64,000 bases of DNA, taken from assembly GCF_057098645.1 (NCBI RefSeq), contig NZ_CM169472.1. The stretch is one strand, 5' to 3'. The notes under the pieces were generated by a model that searched no databases, was not told the DNA's origin, and worked only from the letters and a program-made list of their open reading frames with translations. Below, piece by piece: positions 34,398-44,143 of this stretch. The position numbers and the translations under genes were made by a program. How positions within the stretch are numbered: position 1 is the stretch's first letter; every line of letters begins with the position of its first letter.

Positions 34398-36821
34398 TTA
34401 AAATCTGAATGTCATATCGAATTCAACGTATAAGTTGTGTTCTCTGTCACCGTCATAAGGTCGTTTTTCCCAGCGTAGCGTTGCGCCAGCATCAATCACG
34501 TCATTCCAGCTAATGCGTTGCCCGTAGCCGAGTTGGGTGACGACATCCGTGCCATAATGTTTTTGCCAGGAGGCACCAACACCTGCGCTGAATATTTGCT
34601 CCCAGCTATTTTCATAGCTACGCCATAACAAATGGCTTGCCTCAAATGCCGGAACAATATCGAACGTTTTTATAGGGTTGTAGTATGGGGTATCGTGTTC
34701 TGTATTTTGTTCGTAATACAGACTGGGTAGGAAATCGACAATCAAATATGGTGAAGACCAGATGCGTTCCTGACCCTCAAGTGAGACTTCATGACGCTGG
34801 TTACTGTCGGAAAAATCAGTGAAGGCCCAGGAGACACCGTACTTACGCCGCTCATTCTGATACCAACGAACATAAGCCTGTGCACTGTTGCCTGTAACAC
34901 CATTTTTCATTGCCCGTAATGGAACGCGGTGAGAGAGGCGTTCCAGTTGCGAACCAATACGCCAGTTATCATTAAAATCATACCAGCCAGAAAGGCGCGC
35001 GCCGGGTTTATGCTCATGATTGAAAAAGCGTTCAGCGTACTCCGCCTCGAGCCAGATATTACGTGACCGCCACTCAACACCCGCAAGCCAGTCGCGAACA
35101 ATCCCTTTTCCTTCGCTAAATTGTCCATCGGCATAACCGAATCCAGCAAAACCGCGCCAGTTATCCTTCAGCGGTGGTGAATAAACGATGGTGGTTAAGT
35201 CGACATCATGTTTGCCACTATCCGGACCTTCGGCATCAATTCCTGTTGAGCCAGCGATACGAAGCTCTGCAAGATTATGTACATCAACCGCACGTTTTAA
35301 TCGTACAACGCCGGGATCTTGCGGTTCACGTTCGACAACATCGTGCGTTAAGACAGCTGCCTGCTGCCATTCTTGTAACGTTAATGCTGTCCAGGCTTGT
35401 TCAACCTCCAGATTAATATTACGTGGCTCGATCACTTCTGCTTTTTTTAATTCATTTTCTGCTGCACGAGGCCAACCGCGGGCTTGTAACACACTCGCGT
35501 AATCAATGCGCAGTCCCTGATTTCCTGGTGCGTTATAAGCAAGCTCTCTGGCTGTCATTTCAGCCTGAGGAAGATCATTACTATATTTTGCTACAGTTGA
35601 GAGAAACGAATGCCCCTGTAACCAGGTATCATTCGGGATGCTCGTAGGCGTGCCCATTAACCGAAGGAAAGGCGGCGAAGTATTAATGGTATGTTGGGTG
35701 ACAGTTAGCGCGCCCGGATAATTCTCACTCTCCAGGTGGCTGTAAAAGAGATCCGCAAGTTCTTCATCGGATAAATCCGGGGCAATGGTCTCCTTGTGAT
35801 AAAAGAGCTCGGTCATTATTGACTGTGCTTTTTTTGGCTGATGTTCTTTGAGATAAGCCGACGCAACCCAATATTGCGCCCAGGGCGGAATAATTTGTCC
35901 CGTCTTTTTTAAACGCTGATAGTGAGAAATAACGTCTTTATAACGATCGCGAGTTAATAACGCGCCAAGATGATCAACCTGAATACGCTGGTACTGGGCA
36001 GTGCGGTCAGGGTTATCATGCCACAGAATTTCTAATGCAGCGCATTGGGCGAGGGCGCGATCGGCAATGGCATAACGTTCACTTTCACTGCGCGTAGGCA
36101 TAAACGACAGTCTGACCAGTTCGGCATGAATATCAGCGCGAATATCTGGCGTTAAATTGGCATCGTCAATCGCGGCAGCAAGTTGATTATTACGTAATGC
36201 CTGCACGTATTCTGTGGGATATTGTTGCGTAGATGCATTTTCAGGTAATGACTCTGTCATCGCCCGTAATTCATCCTGATGACGCCCTGCCAGTTTATAG
36301 ATATAGGCTTCTGCGAGTAAATTGGCTTTGTCCGGTGCTCCAGAGTTAAGCTGCTTAAGTTTAACCAGCGCAGTATCATAGTGACCCGCATCTGCCAGGG
36401 TTAAAATTTGTCCCCGTTGATAATCCTTATTTTGCGGCTCCAGAGAGAGCGCCTTTTGCCACAGTGTAAGAGAGTTTTGCCATTGTTGCAGGTTACGATA
36501 AGCGACGGCGACAGCTGCATAACCACGCGCTGGTAATTGCTGATGACGGTAGCGGTTGTAAACGGTAATAACCTGTTTATCTTGCCCGGCCCATAAGGCA
36601 ATCTGTAACCAGTCAGCAATTTGGTTATTGCTGAGTGCTGATTTTAGTGCAAACCATGACAAAGCTGGCTGAGTATTACCCTTGCGAGCTTCAATAATCA
36701 ATGCATCATAGGCGTTATTAACAGCACTCTTCGCCGCGGGACTCGCTGCTAAAAATGCGGCAGTAAGAAGTTTCAAAGCCCATTTGGTTTTCGGGCACCT
36801 TTTTCTGCTACTTGAATACAT
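34398..36821 (-). CDS. pgaA: PgaA, outer-membrane PGA export porin with TPR domain
   Basis: 807-aa ORF MYSSSRKRCPKTKWALKLLTAAFLAASPAAKS... with a C-terminal beta-barrel ending in F. Confidence 0.95.
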   Translation of the reverse strand: MYSSSRKRCPKTKWALKLLTAAFLAASPAAKSAVNNAYDALIIEARKGNTQPALSWFALKSALSNNQIADWLQIALWAGQDKQVITVYNRYRHQQLPARGYAAVAVAYRNLQQWQNSLTLWQKALSLEPQNKDYQRGQILTLADAGHYDTALVKLKQLNSGAPDKANLLAEAYIYKLAGRHQDELRAMTESLPENASTQQYPTEYVQALRNNQLAAAIDDANLTPDIRADIHAELVRLSFMPTRSESERYAIADRALAQCAALEILWHDNPDRTAQYQRIQVDHLGALLTRDRYKDVISHYQRLKKTGQIIPPWAQYWVASAYLKEHQPKKAQSIMTELFYHKETIAPDLSDEELADLFYSHLESENYPGALTVTQHTINTSPPFLRLMGTPTSIPNDTWLQGHSFLSTVAKYSNDLPQAEMTARELAYNAPGNQGLRIDYASVLQARGWPRAAENELKKAEVIEPRNINLEVEQAWTALTLQEWQQAAVLTHDVVEREPQDPGVVRLKRAVDVHNLAELRIAGSTGIDAEGPDSGKHDVDLTTIVYSPPLKDNWRGFAGFGYADGQFSEGKGIVRDWLAGVEWRSRNIWLEAEYAERFFNHEHKPGARLSGWYDFNDNWRIGSQLERLSHRVPLRAMKNGVTGNSAQAYVRWYQNERRKYGVSWAFTDFSDSNQRHEVSLEGQERIWSSPYLIVDFLPSLYYEQNTEHDTPYYNPIKTFDIVPAFEASHLLWRSYENSWEQIFSAGVGASWQKHYGTDVVTQLGYGQRISWNDVIDAGATLRWEKRPYDGDREHNLYVEFDMTFRF

Positions 36822-37011
36822 CCTGTATTACTCCATGTATTGCCAAAATCTCTCTCTGTATCAAATTACAGGTAACTGAAAAGAAAGATATTTTTGCACC
36901 TCATAATCCGTTATTAAACGGGAAGAGAGACGTGAATTGTTGATGATGAGAAGAAGAAATGATGAGTAGAGTGTCCATATAAAATCCTTTTCTCGCTCGA
37001 AAATCCATTCC
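36822..37011 (-). promoter_or_regulatory. pgaA 5' leader with multiple GGA (CsrA-type) motifs
   Basis: On the reverse strand, GGA motifs lie at 36821-23 (in the SD, acaGGAtg), 36832-34, 36906-08, 36974-76, 36985-87, 37004-06 and 37009-11. The pgaA leader is the classic multi-site CsrA target. Confidence 0.5.
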
Positions 37012-37104
37012 AATGATGAGGATCTTCAGGAATACGGCATAAATCCCAATGCCTTTTTCAAAATAAATTAGGATTAAAATAATTAAATCAGTAAATTCCG
37101 ATGC

Positions 37105-38703
37105 ATGATTTCGGATTTTACGAAAGTCCTGATGAAAGGCTGCGCTACTGCACTCACGGATTTAATTGTTATTCCTAATGTATCATGTATGGTATTCAAC
37201 AAAAAAATGTTTGTACTCATTATAATACCAGGCATTCTGGGGGTGTTACTATCGTTTGCTATGTCAATATTTCAAATGAATAGAGATACGACAATTACCG
37301 CCGGTATTCTGTTAAAACAGCTTGATAATGTTACGCAAATTGTCCAGCATACGACAAAGCTTACCTCTATTCTGGTGATGAAGCCCTGCAAAGACATTCT
37401 TGAACAGTTGATTGCTAACGGAGCATTGACTCCCTATGTTCGAACAACGGGTCTTATAGAAAATAATTTCCAAATATGTTCTTCAGTTAGCGGTTTCAAA
37501 AAAATGAATGTTAACGATGTTTACGGTACGAGCTTTCACAATAAAAATAAAGAATCACGTATAGTATCAATTAGCGGTACAAGTTTTGTGCCAGGTAAAA
37601 CAGCAATAGTGTTCCTTATGCCAATAGGGAATGATATGACAGCTTTTAGTATTGTAGAGTCACGATATATCTATGATCTAATGGATGTTCTTGATGATGA
37701 GAATGATGATTCATTTTCTCTTCGTTTTACTGAAGGGCCTGCAATTATTAGTGGTGTAAATAATAATGACAGGTTATATATGTTAAAAAGAGATTTTAAT
37801 TCTGCGATCAGTCAGGCTCGTCTTACAGTTACTACGCCGATGATATCGTTATATCCCTATATCATTAGCAATGTGCTTTATATTTTGCCGTTATCTATTA
37901 TTCTTTCTTTTGTTCTCTATTTCTTATGGCAGCATTGGATGTCACGGAAAATGTCGCTGGCAGAAGAAATTAAAAAAGGAATGTCATCCGGAGAATTTTC
38001 TGTGCATTATCAACCAGTGTGCGACACGACAACCAAAGCGTGTCTGGGGGTTGAAGCGTTAATGCGCTGGCAACGCGAAGATGGTAAAAATATATCTCCG
38101 GTAGTTTTTATCCGCGCTGCAGAAGAGGAAAATTTAATAATACCGTTAACTAAACATCTCTTTGAACTGATTATTCAGGATGTACAAAGCTGGAAAGTGA
38201 AAAAGCCGTTTCACCTTGGGATAAATATTGCCGCGGAACATCTTGCACATCCTGACTTTGTTGGTGATGTTTTACATATTAAAAATGCAATATCTGATAA
38301 ATTTAATATTGTCCTTGAGATTACCGAACGCAATCTGGTTGAAGACACTGATCTTGCATTACAGAAAATAAATGAGTTAAGGATCCATGGCTGCGAATTT
38401 GCAGTTGATGATTTTGGCACGGGATATTGTTCCCTTGGCCTTCTGCAAAAGTTGTCTGTTGATTATCTTAAAATAGATAAAAGCTTTATAGACACACTCA
38501 CTACAGCGGAAGACGAAACGCCAGTTTTAGATATTATTATTAAGCTGAGTAATCGACTCAATTTGATAACGATTGCAGAAGGTGTCAGTACTCCTCACCA
38601 GGCAGAATATCTTATTCATAATAACGTGACATTAGTTCAGGGATACTTATATGCAAAACCAATGAAAGCGACAGAGTTTTATCAGTGGTATATAAACAGA
38701 TAA
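37105..38703 (+). CDS. CSS-motif periplasmic sensor / EAL-domain c-di-GMP phosphodiesterase (possibly VmpA of O157:H7; from memory)
   Basis: 532-aa track ORF; the real start is probably M29 (37189) or M35 (37207), just before TM1 (MFVLIIIPGILGVLLSFAMSIF). It has a periplasmic region with QICSS, a second TM segment, then an EAL domain with EALMRW, EITE, DDFGTGY, KIDKSF and EGVS motifs. Confidence 0.85.
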   Translation: MISDFTKVLMKGCATALTDLIVIPNVSCMVFNKKMFVLIIIPGILGVLLSFAMSIFQMNRDTTITAGILLKQLDNVTQIVQHTTKLTSILVMKPCKDILEQLIANGALTPYVRTTGLIENNFQICSSVSGFKKMNVNDVYGTSFHNKNKESRIVSISGTSFVPGKTAIVFLMPIGNDMTAFSIVESRYIYDLMDVLDDENDDSFSLRFTEGPAIISGVNNNDRLYMLKRDFNSAISQARLTVTTPMISLYPYIISNVLYILPLSIILSFVLYFLWQHWMSRKMSLAEEIKKGMSSGEFSVHYQPVCDTTTKACLGVEALMRWQREDGKNISPVVFIRAAEEENLIIPLTKHLFELIIQDVQSWKVKKPFHLGINIAAEHLAHPDFVGDVLHIKNAISDKFNIVLEITERNLVEDTDLALQKINELRIHGCEFAVDDFGTGYCSLGLLQKLSVDYLKIDKSFIDTLTTAEDETPVLDIIIKLSNRLNLITIAEGVSTPHQAEYLIHNNVTLVQGYLYAKPMKATEFYQWYINR

Positions 38704-38802
38704 ATATTAAAAATACTGGAATGGTTTTGTATTGTCTTAAAATATAAACAAAGCAATCAGAATGCTATTAACTGGTGACAAACGCCAGGATCAACAATGC
38801 TG

Positions 38803-39294
38803 TTAGTGAGTAATACATATGAATCGTGGTGTCCTGCCTGTAGAGAATACGTAGTTATAATCATTTTGACGCGTAACATAATAATTAATTGAAGTGTCTG
38901 CTTTTATGAAGAAATCAGAAGTGATATTTTCAAGGATTTCATCGCTAATGTTATCATCTTTTTGTATTTTTTGGATTTTAACTGTGGTGAGATAAACGGT
39001 ATCACGGAATTTATTGTATGTAAAACTCACATATCGGCGGATGAAGCCCATCTTTTTTCCATCTACCGTGTATGCGCCTGTGAGATACATGTTTCCTGTG
39101 TTATTTTCAGAAATCATATTTAACGAAAAATATTGATCCATTTTTGTATGATCGGTGAAATTAATAACATGGGCATTACATGATATGTTTTGCTCTGCTG
39201 GTTCATTGGAATGATGAAACGCAATATGGCTCAGAATTGCTGCAATAAAAGCACATAAAATTATTCCCGCAAACAGAAAATATCTTTGAGTCAT
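38803..39294 (-). CDS. Single-pass membrane/periplasmic partner protein (YqeJ/ToxS-like)
   Basis: 163-aa ORF with an N-terminal TM helix (YFLFAGIILCAFIAAILSHIAF). Its start lies 4 nt after the stop of the upstream ToxR-like regulator, so the two are probably translationally coupled. Confidence 0.7.
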   Translation of the reverse strand: MTQRYFLFAGIILCAFIAAILSHIAFHHSNEPAEQNISCNAHVINFTDHTKMDQYFSLNMISENNTGNMYLTGAYTVDGKKMGFIRRYVSFTYNKFRDTVYLTTVKIQKIQKDDNISDEILENITSDFFIKADTSINYYVTRQNDYNYVFSTGRTPRFICITH

Positions 39295-39298
39295 ATGA

Positions 39299-40111
39299 TT
39301 ACTCCGCTTTATAATAGAGAGAGTTGCAATTATTTGGTGATTCAGAGTTTAACATTTGACTACAGGTGAAAGCATAAAACCCGCTCATGCTATCATTTGT
39401 TGCAATGTAAACGTAAGGATGTATTTTGCAGTTGACTTCCATTTTCTGCAATTTTTCAATAATCGGCGATAGCATGTCTACGGAATTAAAGTATTTATTA
39501 TCATAAAAATAACTGCATCCTTCCTGAGTAGGGTGTTGAGCATAATTTGAGAAAGCATCTATTTTTTTTATAGTGTGAGATTTGCTTTGAAAAGCCATAT
39601 CGAAAAAATAAGAAGATATATACACTATCCCCCATGCCGCAAAAAAACAAACTATAAGTAATGTATTCTTTGTGGTAAATATACCTTTTGCAACGTGATT
39701 TTTATTTATATTTTCAGTATGGGTGTCATTCTCTTCACTCTCAACACTTTCATTCTCATTGTGATTATTGTCGAGAACAGTTATGTTGATTTCTTCATTG
39801 ATTTTGAAGCCTTTACGTGGCACCGTTCTGATAACATCATTAAATATCGTCGCTGAGCTGATTTCACGAAAGGAACGCCTTATCATCGATATATTTTGAT
39901 ATAAAGTGTTGGTTGCGACTTCGGCACTGCTATCGCTCCAGACTTTTTCAAAGAATTGATTGTGTGACACGACACTATAAGCGTTATCTAAAAGTAACTT
40001 TAAGCATTTTCCCGCAGGATAAGTGAGTATCACTTCCTCTGATGTAAGGAGTGATGTTAACTTATTAGATGATGAGTTGAATCTTACTTCATCATTTATA
40101 ATGTAGATCAT
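39299..40111 (-). CDS. ToxR/CadC-like membrane-bound transcriptional activator (YqeI-like)
   Basis: 270-aa ORF. The N-terminal OmpR/PhoB-type winged helix (...VVSHNQFFEKVWSDSSAEVATNTLYQNISMIRRSF...IRTVPRKGFKI) is followed by an acidic linker, one TM helix (LLIVCFFAAWGIVYISSYFF) and a periplasmic domain. Confidence 0.75.
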   Translation of the reverse strand: MIYIINDEVRFNSSSNKLTSLLTSEEVILTYPAGKCLKLLLDNAYSVVSHNQFFEKVWSDSSAEVATNTLYQNISMIRRSFREISSATIFNDVIRTVPRKGFKINEEINITVLDNNHNENESVESEENDTHTENINKNHVAKGIFTTKNTLLIVCFFAAWGIVYISSYFFDMAFQSKSHTIKKIDAFSNYAQHPTQEGCSYFYDNKYFNSVDMLSPIIEKLQKMEVNCKIHPYVYIATNDSMSGFYAFTCSQMLNSESPNNCNSLYYKAE

Positions 40112-40788
40112 TACATTTTATACCTTAGTTGTGTATTACAAATCCAGTATTACTCAGAAAATAAAGGCAAGAACATTAAGTGCACTATAGTATAATTTCC
40201 TAAAAATGCAAATGTGAATTATCTGATTTTTAAGAATAATCTTGATTTAATTGAAATTCTTAAACGATGTATATTTCTATTAAATGCTTTCTGCAGTGAT
40301 GTGAATTAGGGGTTTTCTGCATGTACTGATAGAAACTGCGTATCCCCGTTATAGGGAAAGAACGGGTCGCATCCTCCACCCATGACACTAACCGTATGAT
40401 TGGTAGTTCCCTGCTGTGCACTTCTGGTGAAATAGAAGAAGCTCTATGCGCCGACCGATACTGTCTTTTATCCGATTATTTACCAGTGACACCTTGATAT
40501 GAGGTTATGTCTATTATTGCTAGGAGGTAATATATGCTTATGTTATTATCCAAAGCGCCAATAGTAATTTAGATAAAGATTATAGATCAGCAAGCAAATC
40601 CAGTCTGTTTTTTTGTGCGTACTGCATAACATCTATGATGACTATATTTTTACGTGATACATCACTACTTAAATGTAAATAAGATTTGATGTTTATTATT
40701 CATGCTGAGTTTTAACGTTTATATTTTTTTATTGAAACCTAAACATTACTTAAATTATACCTTAAATATTACTTACTCATAAGGATCA

Positions 40789-41580
40789 ATGTGTGATATG
40801 AGCTTTTCTATTGAAGATTTTTCATTAGATTTTTTTTCATTACATAACAAGGTGGCCATCGTAACTGGGGCCGCGGGTGAACTGGGGAGAGGCTTATGCT
40901 CGGCTCTGGCCAAAGCAGGGGCTAATCTGTTGTTGGTAGACATCAAAGAGCCTGATAATAGATATTTAAAGCATTTAACTCATGAAGGCGTTGAAGTTGA
41001 GTTTATGACAATAGACATAACAAAACCTGATGCAGCATGCACCATTATTAATAGGTGTCTGGAGCGTTTCGGTCAGTTAGATATTCTGGTCAATAACGCG
41101 GGCGTGTGTAACATCAATCGTCCTATCGATTTCAATCGAAACGACTGGGATCCTATGATTAATCTCAACCTGAATGCTGCATTCGATATGAGCCAGGCCG
41201 CATTGAATATATTTGTCCCGCAAAGAAAAGGGAAAATTATTAATATGTGTTCCGTATTGTCATTTCATGGGGGACGTTGGTCGCCAGGGTATGCGGCGAC
41301 TAAACATGCTTTAGCGGGGCTAACCAAAGCGTATGCCGATGATTTTGCGGAATATAATATTCAGATTAATGGTATCGCCCCAGGATATTATGTTAGTGAA
41401 ATGACCGCTATTATTTATAATAACCCTAAAATAAAAGAGTTAATAAAAGGGCGTATACCGGCTCAACGCTGGGGAAGGGCACAGGATCTTATGGGCGCAA
41501 TGGTGTTCCTCGCCAGTGCCGCTTCAGATTATGTCAATGGACAACTATTAGTCATTGATGGTGGATATTCAATTCGTTAA
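40789..41580 (+). CDS. Short-chain dehydrogenase/reductase (KduD/FabG-like)
   Basis: 263-aa ORF with TGAAGELGRG (Rossmann), NNAG and the YAATKHA catalytic motif. The start could be 40789 or 40798. Confidence 0.85.
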   Translation: MCDMSFSIEDFSLDFFSLHNKVAIVTGAAGELGRGLCSALAKAGANLLLVDIKEPDNRYLKHLTHEGVEVEFMTIDITKPDAACTIINRCLERFGQLDILVNNAGVCNINRPIDFNRNDWDPMINLNLNAAFDMSQAALNIFVPQRKGKIINMCSVLSFHGGRWSPGYAATKHALAGLTKAYADDFAEYNIQINGIAPGYYVSEMTAIIYNNPKIKELIKGRIPAQRWGRAQDLMGAMVFLASAASDYVNGQLLVIDGGYSIR

Positions 41581-41725
41581 CGATTTTTGGCTGCGTTGAG
41601 GTGTTTTGACTGGAAAATGGAGTGGAGAGATTTTGTCATTTCTCCACTTCCGGTACTTCAGGCGGGTATAGTGGTTATTCGTTAGCGTTGAACCATCGCG
41701 ATGAGTTTACATACCACTCAGAGCA

Positions 41726-42415
41726 TTATTGCGCTAATTGTTGCTTTATCTGTGCACCATTATCATCGAGATATGTCGCAGTAACGATCCCACTAACGTT
41801 ATTACTTGCTAACCAGTACCGTCGTTGACTGAAGGGTTTTATCATCATATCGCTTTCTTGCTGTACCTTCGTAGCCCCAATGCTGATGGATGTGAAAGAG
41901 ATATTCAGTGGTGTTGGGTTATTAAGCTCAATATAGCTACTGCTGCCGTCGTTACCCAGATGCCAACTTATTTTACGCATAGCTTCTTCAGGCGTCATAG
42001 TTACAGATTTAGGCCTGTAAAAGATTTTAAGTTGCGTATTCATTGCCAGCGTTAAATGTGTGGGATCTTGATGGGGAGTTTCTGGCGGCATTTCATAAAG
42101 ATTTAACCAGAATGCAGATTCGCGATCCTGGGGAAGTGGGTCATGATTATAGATTATCCGCAATCCCTGTGTTCGTCTCGCAGCCAGGCGGAAAACCGGT
42201 GGCAGCACCACAAAGGGGGGAGAAGCAGCTTCTGGGGAACCTTCACCATTATCTACCCAACTTTGCACCAGTACCGGGTAGTCATTGGTATTGACCAGCA
42301 TCAGTGTCTTTTCCCGATCGCCATCGCGATAAATCATCCGTGAAGAAGCCGGCATGATGCCGGCTTCCACTGACTGTACGAACAAGACGGTTAAGAGCAG
42401 CAAAACGGATTTCAT
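41726..42415 (-). CDS. Periplasmic fimbrial chaperone (PapD-like), second chaperone of the operon
   Basis: 229-aa ORF with a signal peptide and typical chaperone motifs (SRMIYRDGDREKTLMLVNTNDYPVLVQSWVD ... QDRESAFWLNLYEMPP). It overlaps the upstream adhesin gene by 4 nt. Confidence 0.88.
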   Translation of the reverse strand: MKSVLLLLTVLFVQSVEAGIMPASSRMIYRDGDREKTLMLVNTNDYPVLVQSWVDNGEGSPEAASPPFVVLPPVFRLAARRTQGLRIIYNHDPLPQDRESAFWLNLYEMPPETPHQDPTHLTLAMNTQLKIFYRPKSVTMTPEEAMRKISWHLGNDGSSSYIELNNPTPLNISFTSISIGATKVQQESDMMIKPFSQRRYWLASNNVSGIVTATYLDDNGAQIKQQLAQ

Positions 42416-43746
42416 TGCATTTTCACCAATATATACGCCGTTGCCCGCACTTTTCCCGCACTGACTGTCTGATTTGGCAGTTTCTTCAACCGGGCGATAA
42501 AAGAGTAACTATAGCTGGAGTATCCGGGGTGAGTCGCACCTTCTAATGTTGCCCCTTCAAATACAGGAGACCACCCCGCTGCATTTCCTCCGGGGGTTAA
42601 CTTCGCGATGCCCGGTTGACCAACCAGCGTCATCGCCGTATCGGGGTGAGCACTGTTAAAAATGTAGATCCCAACGCCCTTTGCCATCTCTGCTGCGTCA
42701 TAATTATCAGAGGCCAGGGCGCTGACGCCGCCGTTGCTATTGATAATCCCCAGTTTTTGCGCCGCTGTATATGCACCTTCAGACACCTGGATTCCTAATG
42801 CTGTCTGAGTATCGCTAATCCCTGATTGAACTGAGTTACTGCACTCGACGCGGACATTAAAATTACCGGTACTTTCCATGCCCGCATTCAGTTGTGCTTC
42901 TGCAATTGTCGGCAGCAATACTAACGGCGTGGCGCTGCGGGCAACGCAGGTGGCATTGTTGTAGAGTCGATTGGCCGAACGCATTCCGTAACCAAAACCA
43001 TTATCAGCCCCCCAGAAATCCCAATGAACAGAACTATCTTCACCGGGCTCATCATGACCAAATAAAATGCCGCTGGTACCGGAAAGCTGAATATAGGCAT
43101 TGGGCTGAACACAGTTATAGATTGTACCGGAAGGTTTTGCGAATCCGACTCCACTACCATCCGTATTATTATTACCGCACCAACTTGTTGTTGCTGATGT
43201 ATCAGGTAGCGTACTGATGCGATAAAGCTCAGCATGAAGAGGAGGGATATCCTGTAAGCGGATCTGGATTTTAGTTCCCTGAGTGGCATAACTGGTGATG
43301 GGCACTTTCTTCCAGTAACGACCAAGCGTCACGCCCGCCATGGTCTGCTTGAGACCGACAAAAGCGAACCAGGTGGCATAGACATCACTCAAACCATCAG
43401 GCCCGCCTGCATCATAAAAGCCCCCCACGCGGTCGTCGCCATTGGTAGCGACCAGAAAATAGATGTTTGGCAAATCTGTTGCATCACATTCCCACAATAC
43501 GGAGCTTCCTGTCGCGCCGCCGGATGTGTAGTTAGTGGGAGGTACGACCGTTGTCGCGAGGAGTGAACCTGCTGGCGCAAAATAGGTGTCGGTCATATTA
43601 ATTTTTCCGAACTCAATAAGCGCTGTCCGACCATCTTCAGTTTGACCTATCTGTGTGTTTGTACAGTTAGCCCAGGCGGATGATTGTATTAGTGCCACCA
43701 ATATGATGGAGCTAATCAGAATGTGTAAAAAAGTCGATTTAGACAT
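42412..43746 (-). CDS. Large fimbrial tip adhesin-like subunit
   Basis: 444-aa ORF with a signal peptide (MSKSTFLHILISSIILVALIQSSAWA) and a pilin-like C-terminus (...GKVRATAYILVKMQ). It sits after the usher, where tip adhesins usually lie. Confidence 0.7.
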   Translation of the reverse strand: MSKSTFLHILISSIILVALIQSSAWANCTNTQIGQTEDGRTALIEFGKINMTDTYFAPAGSLLATTVVPPTNYTSGGATGSSVLWECDATDLPNIYFLVATNGDDRVGGFYDAGGPDGLSDVYATWFAFVGLKQTMAGVTLGRYWKKVPITSYATQGTKIQIRLQDIPPLHAELYRISTLPDTSATTSWCGNNNTDGSGVGFAKPSGTIYNCVQPNAYIQLSGTSGILFGHDEPGEDSSVHWDFWGADNGFGYGMRSANRLYNNATCVARSATPLVLLPTIAEAQLNAGMESTGNFNVRVECSNSVQSGISDTQTALGIQVSEGAYTAAQKLGIINSNGGVSALASDNYDAAEMAKGVGIYIFNSAHPDTAMTLVGQPGIAKLTPGGNAAGWSPVFEGATLEGATHPGYSSYSYSFIARLKKLPNQTVSAGKVRATAYILVKMQ

Positions 43747-43914
43747 CGGGTTTTCTCTGTATCAAGACTGACAGGTTTCATTCAGGCGGATGATAGGGCT
43801 ATTGCTGTCCTTCCCGCTGATATCAAAGGGCAATTGGCAGCTATCGTTAGCGCCTTCACCCCAGCGAACTGACAAATGGCCTTTTGTCTGTTCTGTGCGG
43901 AGGTAAATTTGCCC

Positions 43915-44143
43915 CCGTTACTTTATTCGTACCCCTTATAATGGGGTGTTAGCCAGCCAGACCCGGCATGATTACTGCCCCCAGTCGTCCATGATCCGGG
44001 GGGTGATGTCACCGGGTCTGGTGGGGCGCTGGTAACCGCTAATAGGGGTCAGGTCAGGCACTTTTGCCGGGACCGTCTGTAACGTGGATGCCGGTACCTG
44101 CTCCCCGTGGTTATCTGGTTAACCCATATACAAGGGAGACAGA
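43915..44143 (+). ncRNA. Candidate IS110-type bridge (guide) RNA region in the left end
   Basis: The 229-nt non-coding left end is highly structured: cccc/gggg hairpin at 43932-43946, and a long-range stem ccagacccgg (43957-43966) / ccgggtctgg (44012-44021). It contains a 9-nt copy of the right terminus (taatagggg at 44040-44048 versus 45355-45363). The call is by analogy to IS621-type elements and has no direct RNA evidence. Confidence 0.35.

Noticed and set aside
40320-40500. GC-richer patch of about 180 bp inside the AT-rich spacer between the ToxR-like gene and the SDR gene; considered as an IS end, gene remnant or structured RNA
   Set aside because: I could not match it to any IS terminus I know. 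No frame gives a recognisable protein, and only one short hairpin (cccgtt/aacggg) is present. It is left unexplained rather than called.
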